A DNA stretch of 64,000 bases from Dimorphilus gyrociliatus (Eukaryota > Animalia > Annelida). The stretch lies in NCBI GenBank assembly GCA_904063045.1, contig CAJFCJ010000043.1, positions 107,501 through 171,500 on the forward strand. Reading direction: 5' to 3'. Each line of letters begins with the position of its first letter. Position 1 is the stretch's first letter. Of the stretch, positions 62,330 through 64,000 are shown one piece after another. A model generated the notes under the pieces. That model was not told the DNA's origin and ran no database searches. It saw only the letters and a program-made list of their open reading frames with translations. Made by a program: the position numbers and the translations under genes.

Positions 62330-64000
62330 GATGTAGGGATCATTCGGCCTGGGACAGTTCAGCCTGTTTTTCAGACAATTTGGCCTGTTTTTGGGACAAT
62401 TCCGTCTATTTGCAATTCAGCGAATTTTGAGACAATTCAGCCTTTTCAGGAGAATTTAACCTATAAATTTATATTCAAAACTGTAATTTGAACAATGTTT
62501 ATCTTTATTAATATTTGCTATTGATGTATAGAATGTTAAATATCAAAACACTACAAGCAAAAAATACAAAAAAAACCCAAAATTACAAACAACTACTATT
62601 AAACTTAATAATCATGCAATGTTTAACTCCACTAACCCATCTAAAAGATTATCTAAAGTGAGTTTATTAGTTTCCAAGTTGTCCCATAAATTAAATATTT
62701 TAGATTGTAGGTAGGCTTGTTTTATTCTCTGCATTCCCTTTAACTTGTTTTCAGAAAGTAGCTTCTTATAAATTGTAATTAAATCAGCTTCTCTGGCTAA
62801 TTCATTTACAAGATTGTAGAAATTTTCATTTGCTCTTACTGCTGTATTTAGTCTGCAGTGCCATCCTTCAACATTATTGTTAGTTCTGATGGTCATGTTG
62901 TACACAGACCAATACTTTTGTTTCCAAATGTTGCTATAGATATAGGTCCTTTCCATATAATCTAATAAATCTCCATATAAATTTTTCTTTAAGAGTTCAT
63001 ACTTTATTTCATTAAATGTTGAAACAATGCATTTATGTGGGATATATGAGAGACACATGAGTTTTCTCAGAATTTCAGGAAAAATTTCAGTAACTGCTTT
63101 CCACAAGCCTGCCTGAAAGTCTAATACAAGCCTTTGCAGTTTATTCTCTATCATTATACTTTCTATTTCCTTCAAGAACAGAATAATTTTGTATTTTTTC
63201 TAGCAAGTTTTTTTAATTACTCACTCTGAAAACTTCCAAGTAGTGTTTCTTCTTCTTTCCACTCATTAAGACAAACAAAAGTGGAACTTGATGATATTCA
63301 TCCTTTTTCTTAATGAAGCCATGTATGGAAAATAGTTGATAGAATGGGGGTCTAACAACTTTAAATGTTCCATCAACAAACCATATTTTACATTTGGACA
63401 ATAGGCTAATTTGATGACATGGTACCAAAAATTATGTTTCTATGGTTTTTTCCTTGAATATCTTGCACTAAAAATTGTTTAGGTATTTCATTCATATCTA
63501 GTTGAAAAAATAATTCTTCTGGGTGCTTAGGTCTAAGGTTTTGTTTGTATCTATTTGCTGTTCTTTTAAATGATTCAATTGTAGGCAAACATTTAATTGA
63601 ATTACAAAATTCCATTGCAGTATCTTCAGCTAAATGTTTTCCAGACTTTTCATTTCTTTCCAAGGTAAGACACTTTAAATGAAGTCTTGCTTTTATGCTT
63701 AGTTTTAAATTCTTTCCAGAATTAGAATGATTATGATCATTTTTTATTAGAAATTTTGAACCTTTTTGAATAATATAAGCATTACAGGTCTCATTTTTAG
63801 ATCTTTGTGAACACCTCCAAATGTTAGAGCTTTTTGTTTTTAGTGAGAAGGAAAAATTATTATGCAATAAAATATCTTTTCCTCTTTTACTTCCATTCTT
63901 GACAATTTCAAAATCATTTTCATTTGCTTCATAAACACTTATTTCCTTGCTTGTATCAAATGATACTTCATCTTGAATGTCAACTCTTTGATCTTGATCA
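62330..64000 (-). mobile_element. FLYWCH-MULE element C, defective, runs off the right edge
   Basis: Terminus-like GATGTAGGGATCATTCGGCCT with GGACA(A/G)TT(C/T)(A/G)GCCT subrepeats. Motifs: IWRCS..CNA...H.H, WFVDGTFK, RTNNNVEGWH. Frameshift near 63420, and the GCxFH segment is deleted (FPEI joined to LRKLMCL). Confidence 0.9.

Overview
This is AT-rich (roughly 25-30% GC by eye) eukaryotic, invertebrate-type genomic DNA with short GT-AG introns, mostly 50-90 nt. The compact introns and gene families suggest a lophotrochozoan such as a small-genome annelid; this is inference and unverified. I saw no rRNA, tRNA or CRISPR array. Stitching the ORF track by splice phase gives two giant receptors. 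The first is a ~9 kb minus-strand GRL101/LGR-type GPCR (signal peptide, several divergent SRCR-like repeats, C-type-lectin-like, LDLa repeats, LRR, 7TM; 19802->~10666). The second is a ~17.7 kb plus-strand polycystin-1-like channel-receptor of roughly 5,300 aa (36176-53893). Its ectodomain is [F5/8C x3-CTL-PAN] x2, F5/8C, fibrinogen-C, fucolectin and EB, followed by PKD repeats, REJ, GPS, PLAT and the channel. Also present are an intronless RING/B-box/coiled-coil/LRR gene, three copies of a secreted GDPH/ITI_HC_C-like gene (one intact), a CD225/dispanin gene, a PAN-trefoil gene and a MAM pseudogene. The window is heavily reworked by transposons. There are five large FLYWCH-MULE (Phantom-like Mutator) elements plus a fragment and MITEs; three have 9-bp TSDs, one is nested inside another, and four carry an N-terminal PHD-type finger. 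There are also Tc1, mariner, Ty3/gypsy and possible LINE relics, and a local repeat family ('family X') that sits at gene-truncation breakpoints and may be a decayed class-A GPCR. Both giant receptor genes carry single-base lesions, mostly in homopolymers, so they are either young pseudogenes or mis-assembled. All domain calls come from motif recognition by eye, not database searches.
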